20,000 bases of DNA from Coniocarpon cinnabarinum (Eukaryota): assembly GCA_051942205.1 (NCBI GenBank), contig JAVECO010000039.1, positions 120,158 to 140,157 of the forward strand, in the 5' to 3' direction. This document shows, one piece after another, positions 9,557 to 20,000 of this stretch (positions within the stretch are counted from its first letter, which is position 1; each line of letters opens with the position of its first letter). The notes below the pieces were generated by a model. The model saw nothing but the letters and a program-made list of their open reading frames with translations. It did not search any database and was not told the DNA's origin. Both the position numbers and the translations under genes were made by a program.

Positions 9557-10139
9557 GGCTACCACTGGAATGAGGGCGTTCAGAGCGCCTTTGAGCAGTA
9601 TTTGATGGCAGTCGTGGGGCAACAATCGTGTTGCAAGAGGACTTCGAGGTCGCGATGCTTCCTAACGGACGCCGCAGTCCACATAATAAACTCATCATGA
9701 CGACAGCTCGTAGTACATAGTAGCGACTGACTCAGATCGACATGGGAAAAAATGTCAAACACCACGATGGATCGGCACTATCTTGCCGGCGCGCCGGAAG
9801 CATGTCTCGGCCTCGGCCTAAGCTTTGGCACGTAATTGGCGATCGTGGAGTCTGGCTTCTCTCGGCCGACTTGCGCGTCGTCATCTCTGCATCCTGCTAC
9901 TGCTGAGTAGGTATTTCCGCCGGTGAATGAAGGAATTCCCAAGCACTTGTGGACCTAGCCTCAAATCCGGGCGAGAAATCGCCTCATTGGGATGGGCAAT
10001 CCATGGCAAGGACCCTGATCGCTAGCCGTTCGGAGTAAAGTGGCCGCGCGTGCTGTCATGTTGCACCGCATCTGGTCATCGTGCATTGTGGTTTGTGCCT
10101 CCTCGCCTCTTGTCCAAGGGGCGCGCCTTTACGTGGTCC

Positions 10140-13100
10140 TCAGCACAGTACGCTAACAGGTGTAAAGGTGACTGCATCGGCAACGTCTCGAGGTCGACTG
10201 CGGCTGAGGCTGACGCTTTCTGACAGAAGACCGTGACGCAGCTTTAGAAGCCATAATGCGTCTGCATTACGCTCGTTCATGGCCTCGAGGACGTCTGCTC
10301 TCGTCTGGTCTTCCATCCACCCAGTCTCTCTCGATGGTCTTGTTACGTAGGGTGACAGCATGCTGGACATGATCTCGTCCATCATCCATGCTGGTAACTC
10401 GACATGCCTCATGATGGAAATCAGAAATGATGTCAATGCTTGATATATCCGTTGTGATGTAGCAGACACATATCGATCTGAAGTGAAAACGCTGCTCCTA
10501 CCACCTTCGGTGGAATCGTTTTGCGCCGCGAAGCCTGCATGATCTCCTCTGGGGGTTGTTGACACAACTGATAAGCCTGGGCTAGCATCTCCACCTTCTG
10601 CTGCAGACTCGTTCAAGAACAATGTCTGGTCTGTGGCCTTTACTTCAACTTCTTGGGCTGCAAAACCCGTAGTTTCCGAAGTCTTTGACATTTTGGAAGC
10701 AGGCAATTGAGAAAGAGATCGGAGAGGCCCATCATGTCGACTGACTTCCTTGTCGGGACTTCGCATTGCGCGCTTGTGAACCTGTCTGATGTTTTCCCAA
10801 ATGCCCGCAATGCGACCTTTGACGAATGCTCCAGAGCCCTCTGCCATCTTGGCAATGACCCCAAGCGTCCCGACAACGACCCCAACTTCGCTGTCTCGCA
10901 GTCTCGGAACAAGCACAGGCCACAGAGTATGAATTAGTGGCAGGAATGTATCCTCGTCTTGCGCCAGGAAAGGCATTGCCGTGATGAGAACATGCGATAA
11001 ATGCGAACGTATAAGCGGATTTTCAGATGGGAGATAATGTTGAGTGAGGATAGCGACGCGATGGATGAGTTGATAAGATTTACTTAATGGAGTCTTGTTT
11101 TCCTCAGCCGACGGCTTCGGCTCCTGATCGGGTGTCATAGCCTGCTCTTTGTTTGGCGCTGGCCTTTTCCACGGTTGATGAGGCGTTTCGTCCGGCAGCT
11201 CTCCTTCTTGATGTCCCGCTAATGCAGTCTCATCTTGTTCGACATCAGGTGAGACGCGTCTTCTTGTTTTCAGCAGCACGGCAAGTCCAGCAGGCGGTAT
11301 TGGCCGTACTGCTTCTAAACGATGACTTTTTTGAGACGGCGACGAAATTGTCAAAGCTGCCCCTCGAGCACCTTCGTCAACGATGGCGCCCAAGCATTGA
11401 AACAGCAAGCCGACGAGGTTGTCATAACCATGATACAGGTCCAGAGCCTCGAAGATGTTATCTGTCAAGTCGTCCAGGTATGGCAACAGCTTCGCACCGC
11501 ACAACCGCACCAACATGTTCAACACTCGGGGGGCCTGTGGAGAAAGTTCGAAAATGCTCAACCTCAGGCCGATCCCGTTAATGAGATAATCGTTGTTGTC
11601 GACAATGAGCTCTTGAGTGGATGAATATCCGGCAGAAGCAGCGACAGTATTAAGCGCATTCATGGCGTGAGACTGTAGCCCCGTCACTGACGAACCGATG
11701 TGGTGCAGCAAAGGATAAAGCACCTCGCTTAGTTCGGCTTTAAAATCATCCCCTAGTAATGACGCTTGGAATGCTACCGTCTCTAGTGCCAGTGCTCGAG
11801 TTCTCCAGTGAGTTTCTGCGTCGTAATCTTCCAAATGTGAAACGATGGAAACTGCAAAGCTATAAAGCTCATTACGCTGAGCAACCTCGTCTCCCGAAAG
11901 CACATCAAAATTCAAAAGACTATCAACGTCGGACACTGAAGAGGTCCGGCTCTTTATAAGCTGCAGGGCTAGCCACAAGTAAGTTGTTTGCTCGTTGCCC
12001 GTGCACGTATGCAAACGATCGAGACAACTTCGAAGTGTTCGCGAGCTAAGTTGAGTCGAGGAAAGGCTGTCGATCAGCGCACGTATCTGACGCTCGCTAT
12101 TGTAGTCAGCCTTGGTTGCAGCCAAAGGGTTGAATACGCCTGGTCTAAATTGATCAATTGACGAGGATGACCCTTCTATCATTGCTTGATCATAGACAGA
12201 CACATTGGGCTCTGCTGCGGACTTTTCGTAGCTAGTGGAGCCCACCAGGCTGTCGAATAAGCTGGATACTACAAGCTCATATGGAATGGTCGGCTCTTTG
12301 GCAGCATTATCTAGCCGTGTCAAAACTGACTTAATTTGTCCAATTAGAGTATCTCGATTTTGAATATCATTAGAGACCATAAGTCTGGGCAGCGCGAGAA
12401 AGTGGCTGTAAAGAGCCTGCTGAAGATGCTCAATATACTGAGGGTGCTCGAGCAACAGAATATCAAGACTTGAAGCCGCTCCATTGTCGTCGTCCTCGTC
12501 GCCAGAGAGCAGTATCAAGGCGTCGAGCGTGAGTGACACGCTTTCCTCTAAATGGCGGTTGCACTTTTGGAGCACGACCATGCAAAGTCGACGCAATGCT
12601 TGACTCACTTCGAGACGGCTATGGCGACGTCGCTTCAAGATATTTGCTAACACTTGCTTGATCTGACCAGCAGTTGCGTTGAGCCAATTGCGGTCTAAAT
12701 GAGGCAAGGTTCCATGGTCTAGTTTTGAACTGCCAGCCTGAGCTTTTGGGAAGTTCAACCGATTCGACAAAGTCTTCTCAAGTAGTGCAGAGAGACTATC
12801 AATCGCTTTTGTTAGAACTTTGTAATGCCTGACCGTAGCAGATGACGGAGCTACCAGCTTGGTAAGCGATGAGGCGATGCCGGGAAGAAACCCAGCAAGC
12901 ACCTGCTGATCAAGATCTTCAGTGAGCACATGCAGTACTGCAAGCGCTTCGAGGACAGCCTCAGCGTTGTCTACTTTGACTGTGGCATCGAGGAGGCTAG
13001 TGATAAGGTGACCTAACGTAGGTATGTTCTTGGATGCCGTCAACGCATTCTGGCCAGCTTGAGAGGTGAATATTGACTGAACCAATGCACGAAGACAAGC

Positions 13101-13601
13101 AAAATCATGCTTGAGTAGTTCATCCGTTACGTCGGAGGTCTTGAGCACACCATCACTACTGTTTGATAGAGAAGTACACAAGATCAGTAGTTGAATGCCC
13201 AAATCAGCAGCAATGTCCCTACGCCATCCTGTTGAAAGTAGCACGTATAGGGATCTGAGGGCTAGTTCCAGTGCACGAACAGGGACTGCGTCTCGCTGGC
13301 GGAAGACGTGTGAGAGCGGAAAGAAGACATATTCAGCAAGTCTTGCATCTCGAAGTTTGTCACCGTCAATTCGGAGGATGTCTTCGAGAGCAGCAGTCAG
13401 ATCCTCAAGACGGGAGACAAGCTGGGCGCCGGAGGATTTCCCTGATCGGAACTGCAGCGCAGCTTCGCTTGTTGAGACACAGGGTGGCTTGAGCTGCAGT
13501 CACACTTGTCAGCACGTGGGAAAGCGCAAAGAGCTTTGACCTTGCTCCTAAGCAGGAGGGAGAGAGCAGACAGTTGTGAAGAGATGCCGTTGATCGTCCA
13601 T
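10140..13601 (-). CDS. TTI1: TEL2-interacting protein 1 (TTT complex HEAT-repeat subunit), 2 exons (~1127 aa)
   Basis: Exon 1 is 13601-13572 (MDDQRHLFTT), the intron is 13571-13494 (GTCTGC...GCTGAC...CAG) and exon 2 is 13493-10140. Tti1-like motifs are LKPPCV, LAEYVFFPLSHVFR, FLPGIASSLTK, LIVDNNDYLIN, LLPYLDDL...LDLYHGY and FLPLIHTLWPVLVPRL. Confidence 0.88.
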
Positions 13602-14715
13602 TGACGATCTGGGGCGGGAGATGATGTTTGAAGAGTTTGAGTGGCGCGAGTGAAACAAGACCCTGACAGGCAGGGATGTGACGGGCAACGCAGGATAGAT
13701 CTTGCTACGCGCATGTACGCGGATAGTGTGAGCGGCAAGATGGGCAGCAGTGGTTCAGCAGCCGGCGGTGATCGTCGGAGGTGGAGGGCTACTTAGTGCT
13801 AAGTCGAGCGAGGGATGCTGCTGCTGTCCGTTTCGGATCAAACACATGGCAACGTGACCAGCACGTGCGGCGGAAGTCGGTCCGGCCTGCCTGCTGCATC
13901 CCAGTGCACAGAAATCGTCTGCACAGAGGCAACGGCAACGAATCACAATGGCAAGGATCCCAAAATGGCCTGCAAGAGCTCGCGCGTGGCAAGCCCGTCC
14001 TCTGTCGATCGCTCATGTCAACCCGGCTCAGTGCTGACGCTGCAGTCCTCCTCTAGCCCGACCTCACTATGATCTCTCTGACTCCAACCACACTGGCATC
14101 CGGCTCACGCTCGCACATCGCCCAGGCTCCGACCATGGCGTGCTGGGGAGCATCGTGTAAGTTGGGAAAATGTTGCAAGACGACGATCAGTCCACAGACA
14201 CGAGGGACTGCGGTGCTGCTGAGTCTTGTACCCGGCACCCACGCAGCAAAGAGGGCATGACTTGGCTCCCAGCTGGCACGACTCGCCAATGAGTGGAGTG
14301 GGAGAGTGGGACACACGTGGGCGGCGGAAGCCACACTCGACTCGACGACAGGCTGCAGACCAGAGCTAGTCCGGAATGCCGCGACCGCGCGCCAATGACA
14401 GGGAATCGCAGTCCAATCCACCTGCTCGCTAAGCACGGCGCACATCCTCTTCCGTCTGCGCCCAAGCCAAGGCTCCACGAACAGCCTGCTCGCAATCGAG
14501 CAAGCTGAGCAGCTCGCAGACCCTCTGGAGATGGGCCTCCCCCGAGTCAGCAGTCAAGAGCAGTGCGCGGGAGCGAGAGCCTTTGTGTGTCAGTCGCGAG
14601 GGCGCCGGTGGTGGAGAGGGTTGTGAAATTGACCACATCGAGCAGGACGAAGGACCAGCAGCGTTGGAGGAGGTGGTGGTAGTGCTGCTCGAGGTCGTGC
14701 TCCCCGTGCTCTCTG

Positions 14716-14746
14716 ACAGCAACAGCAACAGCAACACCACCACCAC
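14716..14746. repeat. Microsatellite (ACAGCA)3 followed by a (CAC)n run
   Basis: acagcaacagcaacagcaacaccaccaccac, in the TTI1 / RING-vWA divergent intergenic region. Confidence 0.75.
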
Positions 14747-14869
14747 GACACAGCCCTGGCCACCTGGTGAACGGCTCAAGCGACGATCCACGCCGGCCGT
14801 CTGCCTGCCATGCCTGCTCAACTCTGCCACTGCCGAGCCAATCCGCGTCTAGCGAGCTCTGCCACCGTC

Positions 14870-15073
14870 TAGCGACCTCCTCCCCCATGCTGGCCGCTCT
14901 GGCTGCCCACTCGCCGTCGTCCGTTAGGCGCTCCATCCCCACTCGCTGTAGCTGCATCCTTCTTTTCATAGCCAGAATCCTTTCCTTCCGCGCCCCATCT
15001 GCCATCTGCCTTCGTCATTCTACCCTCCGCGCACACGCCCGCTCACCTCGAGACCTCTGGCGCTCTCCGTCCC
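14870..15073 (+). promoter_or_regulatory. Pyrimidine (CT)-rich core promoter / 5' leader
   Basis: Strongly C/T-biased + strand directly upstream of ATG 15074, as is typical of filamentous-fungal TATA-less start regions. Confidence 0.4.
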
Positions 15074-18000
15074 ATGTCGTCGGAGTCCCCTCGTGCCCAT
15101 CACTCTTCTCACACCTCCCTTCTGACTGCCTCGCCCTCCTCGCCGTCGCGCCATTCCTCCTTCCCGGCCGGCCGTCTGTTCAAGTGGGACTTTTCGGGTG
15201 AGCCCCAGACGATCCCCAAATCACACGCCGCTCTCTTCTATCACCACCCTCCCCCAAAAAGGCCCTCAGCCTTCCGCACCTCCAGCGCTGCCGTGTTCCG
15301 CAGCTCGCGCGTCTTTTTTGCCTCGCCTTTCGCTCCCGATCATTGACCTCTGACTTTCTGAGGCGTCGCGCCTGATCAGGTCTTTCGCTGAAACCACATC
15401 ACCACCACCACCAACACTACCACCCACACGTGCCGCAACAGCTGTCGAGGTTTGCAAGACGGCTGTCGAGTGGATCAGGCTCCGACAAGGCTGCCAGATC
15501 CTCTGGCTCGGGGGCCGGGGGCTTCTTCCCCACGACGGCGACATCATCCGCGTACAACCCCTCAGCATACCGCGCACCAGCTTCGAAGCCTCCAAGTTCA
15601 GCCAGGATGCTCGACGTCGACCGCACGCATCCGCGAAGAGAGCGCACATTTGCCGGAGGGGAGTGTGTCGTGTGTGAGGAACCTCTGGAGCATACGCTGC
15701 GTGGCGAGCGCATTTTGCAGCTCTCTTGCGCCCACGTCTCGCACGAGGCCTGCTTCTACGAGTTCATTCGTGAATCTGACTCACAATCGTGCCCGAATTG
15801 CAATGCTCCGCTCGGCCTGGACTCGAGTAGAGGAGGAAATGTGCTGGATATTGGTAAGACTGGAGTGCCAAGTCCCAAACTCGAGCTTGCTGTAGAAGTA
15901 CTGACTCCGCTTTGCAGAGAAACTGAGCAATATTGTGAGGAATCTTGTAGTCAACAATAATGATCAGAGACCTCCAGAAACAAGCAGCCAGACAACGCCC
16001 ACGCCGTGGGAACCCCCGCCGCATGGACACCCTGCATACGCCACGGAGAGGGATGTAATGGCTGAAGAGCCCCCTTACGCATCCAATGCTCACAACAGGA
16101 ATGAAAGCAACGGCACATACCGCACTTCTGGTCCCAATTCAGGTGGATCGGCGCTTTCATGGAAGCGCTACCCAGAATATGACCGTGTATCAGTCGACTC
16201 GGAGACAGCGAGCCAGAGATCGGCGAGAGCGAAGAATCCCATCCCGAATCCAACAGTCACCATCAAGAGCGAGTTCCCAACGATGACCAAATCTCGTCAG
16301 CAACAGAACCTCACATGCTTAGTGACTGTGGAGGTTCCAGAGGGGAAGTGGCAACCCGATATCGAAGACCTTCGAAGCATGCGGCCACGCCTGTCACAAA
16401 CAGTGGAACGCAACCATAGGCATGGGCAGTCCAACGCCAGTGCCCGGAGCGCCAAGCAGGTGAAACCACAGCCGCCTCGGATGCCAGAAACATCGGAGAG
16501 CGAGGAAGAGTTGATGCGCGTGACTGACGACTTGCATGCAAGAGTTGACAACTGGCATGGGCTTGACTTTTCTCGGTGCGTTACTCTGAGCCTGTCGCAT
16601 TGTGCATGCAGGCCAGCCTGCCTCACTGTCTTTCAAATGCTAATTCTGTGTTTTTTTGCAGCTTCGGAAAGCTCCTACTCCACGACACTGTCAAGGTCGG
16701 GAAAGATGGAGTCTCTTGGCAAGAGCTGGAATGCTATCTCTTTGCAGAGATGCTCATCTGCGTCAAGGAGCGGCCAAACCAGCGGGCGGCGGCCAATGGA
16801 GCTGGTCCACCGCGTACTCGATGCGTGCTCAAAGGCTCAATCATGATTAAAAAGCACCTCAGCCAGATTGAAACGTCGACAGGTTCGTTGCATTGTCGAA
16901 CACGCTTTTGCCACGTGCCTGGCCCTAAATTGACTCCTTGCAGATGCCAATACCCGTCTAACTCTCAATTTGACCGTCCCCGAGCTCCCGACTTTTCATC
17001 TCCATTTTAACACTATCCAACAGCTGGAAGTGTGGCGAGATGCCTTCATCGCCCTTAACAACAATGATGCCGTGGAGAAGATGTCTGAGTACGACGAAGA
17101 CATCTCCCAAGTAGATGACGATGAAGATCGATTGAGGCGCCATGGTACCACCTCCTCTGTCGGCTCATACGGACAGCACAACTCCTACCAGACCCCCAAC
17201 ACCGAATACTCTGAACAACAGCGGACCCCACAACAGCCTCGCATTCCAATGTCCTTGCACGTTCCTGTCGATATCGTCCTTGTCGTTCCCGTTTCTTCTT
17301 CTATGCACTCCTTGAAAATCACCCTTCTTCGCGACCTCCTTAAGTTCATGATCCAATCTCTCGGTGGCAGGGACAGGCTTGGGCTAGTGACGTTCGGGTC
17401 AAGCAGTGCATCGTGTCCGTTGGTACCCATGACAAACAAGGCTTGGCCACAGTGGCCCAAGGTCATTGATTCGATCAAATCGGCAGCACAAAAAAGTCCT
17501 CGATCTGATCCTGTCGACGGAGCGAAAGTGGCTATGGACATTCTCATGGAGCGCAAGATCAGCAACCCTCTCTCGAGCATCATGGTCATCAGTGATTCAT
17601 CATCCTCGGAGAGCAATGACATCGACTTTGTTGTGCAGAGAGCAGAAGCGGCCAAGTGAGTCAGATTGATCTTTCTATCCCCTGTATCAAGCTGACAGTA
17701 ATGATAAGGGTTTCTATATACACCTTCGGCCTCGGTCTGACGCACAAGCCTGATGCCATGATCGAGCTATCCACCCGCACAAAAGCCGCATACACCTACA
17801 TCAAGGACTGGATGATGCTAAGAGAATGCGTGGCTGGATGTCTCGGCTCACTGCAGAGCATCAGCCATCAAAACGTTCTTCTCAAACTCAAGCTTCCCGA
17901 AGGATCGCCCGCTCGATTCTACAAGACTAGTGGAGCTCTACAAATAACTAAACGCGCTAACGGCAGAGAGACCGAAGCGTCACTTGGCGATTTTCGATTT

Positions 18001-18879
18001 GGCGAGAAACGAGACATTCTTGTCCAGCTGTCTATCACTCCAGAAGCACCAGTGAACGATGACCAGCCACGTGACGCTTGGGACTCGATAGTTTCGGGTC
18101 TGGAGAAAATGGGAGACTCGTCTGACCAGGATGAGAGCCGAACATTAAGCGTTGAAGAAGTGCCGATCATCCAAGCCAGCTTGACATACGGTGACGTCCT
18201 CCGCGATGGTATCACTCAGCATTCACCGCGACCTTGCCTCCTTGCGATTACCATGCTGCCTGCGTCAACGAAGAAACAGAGCAAATTGTCACCGTCCATT
18301 CCGCCACATCCTCTTGTGGTGCAGCGACGCATGGAGCTCCTAGCGTCAGACATGCTTCAGCGAGCACTGACGCTAGTCGCCAGAGGCAAACACGAACAGG
18401 CGCATGACTTACTGCGTGAAACAAGAAGTATCCTGAAAGGTCTAGGTAAAGGCAGTCTCCCTCCTGTCCCAAGCCAAGCAGGCTCTACCAAGAGCAGACT
18501 CGACAGCTCTGCAGCTTCGGTTGCCTCATCAGGACACTCTCCCGCCGCTTCTGACACGACTGAGCGTCGACATTCGCCCCCGCCTGCCAACGGCGCCTTC
18601 GCGAGTGCTCACGGGATCGATCCGACCGTCATGACCGCATTGGACGCTGAGCTCGAGTCATCACTGGAGTGGATCAACCATCCTGCAGTCTTTCAACGCG
18701 ATTCAAGGAAAGCTGTACTAGAAAAGATTGGTGTCATCTCTTCTCAACGCGCCTACACATTCAGAACAGCACTGGAGACTCTGTACGCACAGAAGATCCC
18801 GGGAATACGGATGTTGTACGACGAGTCCAGGAGCTGGCCAGAACCCGTTGAAGAACCTCTTGAGGAAGAAGACACATGA
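15074..18879 (+). CDS. RING-H2 / PH / von Willebrand A domain protein (Far1/Ste5-like architecture), 6 exons (~1119 aa)
   Basis: Exons are 15074-15197, 15380-15853, 15918-16575, 16662-16882, 16944-17655 and 17709-18879, totalling 3360 nt in frame. Donors are GTGAGC, GTAAGA, GTGCGT, GTTCGT and GTGAGT. Domains: RING-H2 CVVC...CAHVSHEAC...CPNC, PH RFGKLLLH...ECYLFAEMLICVKE...LKGSI...LEVW, and vWA VDIVLVVPVSSSM...DRLGLVTF...IMVISD...IYTFGLG. Exon 1 is the least certain. Confidence 0.85.
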
Positions 18880-19488
18880 GCCGCGGATCAACATCACATG
18901 TCGCTGACAGCATACGAGACAATGTTCGATTGATTTTGGCTTTGAACAATCACTGCCATGCTGCTGATACCAGACCTGCGTCAAGAGGATCACGTTCAGA
19001 GGAAGCACTGGTTGCAGTATCCATCCGCAAGCATTCTGTCCCAATGGGATAGCCCAGTCCATTTGCGCAGCTGGCGACCATTCTTGCCAATTTTTGAGAC
19101 TGGCAAACTCTGACACGAATCTTTTAGCAGCTGCTAAAACCCCGAAAAGAGTCATGGAGACGATACTGGTGGATCTACTCGCGATGATACACCCAGCCGC
19201 AATGCGCTGCCGCGTACACAACACAGGCTGCGAAAACCAACAAACCTCACGATACCCTAAAAGAATAATCACTGGCGTAGAAACGAACCAAATGGTGGAT
19301 CTTGTCATATGCACAAAATATGTGCCTTGGATTGGAGTACATTAGGCCCCGCAAAGAAGTCTGTGAAATGAGACGCAAGTAACACACGTGAATGTCTAGC
19401 TTGAATAGAGATGAATCTCGAGAATGGAATGGCCTGTGAATGATAGCATACGCCGTTGTGCAATTTGATGTTCAACAAAGCTTAGCCG

Positions 19489-19845
19489 GCGTTCGCCGGT
19501 GTGCTTCTAGCTTTGGTGATGTAAATGCTATTGGAGCAGAGGCTGTGTGTCTAAAACTTGATCGATTGTCGTAGGAGACAGACGTGGGCCTCTGCCTTCA
19601 TTTAATTTAGTGTCTTGTGTGACTTTGCATGCTTTCGCCGGCTTCCTCGTGGTTTTAGTAACGCAAATACTGCGAGAGTATTGGCTCTTTGTAGAAAGTG
19701 CTATTGTTAGTATAGACACCAGCACTTGCTATTATAAAATTAAGTTTTTATTTTGGTATACTATGCTTTCGCCGACGTCCTCGTACTTTCCAAAATTCAA
19801 TTACTCTGTGAGTAAAGGCTATTTGTGGAGAAGTCGCTATACTAA
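19489..19845 (+). repeat. Degenerate tandem array of three ~60-70 nt structured elements (period 142 and 134 nt)
   Basis: Units start at 19489, 19631 and 19765 and align without gaps over 60 nt (hand count: units 2 vs 3 43/60, units 1 vs 2 38/60). They share GCKTTCGCCG...GAGYA..GGCT.T.TGT. Confidence 0.75.
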
Positions 19846-19950
19846 TATGAGTGATATGAACCACAGCCCCTTCCATAATCTAATACGACGCATTATACAA
19901 TCCAACAGCCATCCGCCGCCGCACCAGCAACACTTCAAACCTCTACACCC

Positions 19951-20000
19951 TCACACCAAAGCCCGCCCCATGAACATCCCCTCTCTCACCTCCCTGACGA
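19951..20000 (-). CDS. Possible 3' end of a minus-strand gene entering from the right edge
   Basis: The minus strand is G/purine-rich, like the 3' ends of SIN1, NNF1 and DUF4336 here. One frame reads VREVREGMFMGRALV* (TGA at 19953-19951), another ends at a TAG a few bases further on. Too short to identify. Confidence 0.3.
   Translation of the reverse strand, partial: VREVREGMFMGRALV

Noticed and set aside
13602..15073. Many 60-150 aa ORFs in the GC-rich TTI1 / RING-vWA intergenic region
   Set aside because: They overlap in all frames, mostly have non-ATG starts and show no recognisable domains. This is expected from GC content.
15388..15432. Non-AUG (CTG/GTG) start for the RING-PH-vWA gene
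   Set aside because: A conventional in-frame upstream exon with ATG 15074 explains the extension more simply.
18718..19345. 198-aa (-) and 83-aa (+) ORFs downstream of the vWA gene
   Set aside because: The composition looks random, and the longer ORF overlaps the real CDS in antisense.
19486..19510. GCCGGC-GTTC-GCCGGT hairpin followed by CTAG, resembling a Helitron 3' end
   Set aside because: Similarity to the other repeat units continues ~40 nt past CTAG, the next base is C rather than T, the other units lack CTRR, and no Rep/helicase is present.
19489..19845. CRISPR-like reading of the repeat array
   Set aside because: The context is eukaryotic, the repeats are too long and divergent, and no cas genes are present.
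19970..20000. ATG 19970 as the start of a + strand gene (MNIPSLTSLT)
   Set aside because: Only 10 codons are visible, and it cannot be distinguished from the minus-strand 3'-end interpretation.

Overview
Gene-dense window from a filamentous ascomycete (inferred from short GT-AG introns with CTRAY-type branch sites and Pezizomycotina-like proteins). Seven protein genes are supported. They are a probably 5'-truncated SIN1/AVO1 (TORC2 subunit, +), a DUF4336-like protein (-), a GNAT acetyltransferase (+), kinetochore NNF1 (+), a DHA1-type MFS transporter (-), TTI1 (-), and a six-exon RING-H2/PH/vWA Far1/Ste5-architecture protein (+). The 3' end of an eighth gene (-) may lie at the right edge. All intron/exon models were built by hand and keep frame. 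Family assignments come from motif recognition, not database searches. The most unusual non-coding signal is a degenerate ~60-70 nt element repeated three times in tandem at 19489-19845, with compensatory base changes in a hairpin. A probable fourth copy lies 17 kb away, just after the SIN1 stop. It is a candidate structured RNA or small mobile-element family.
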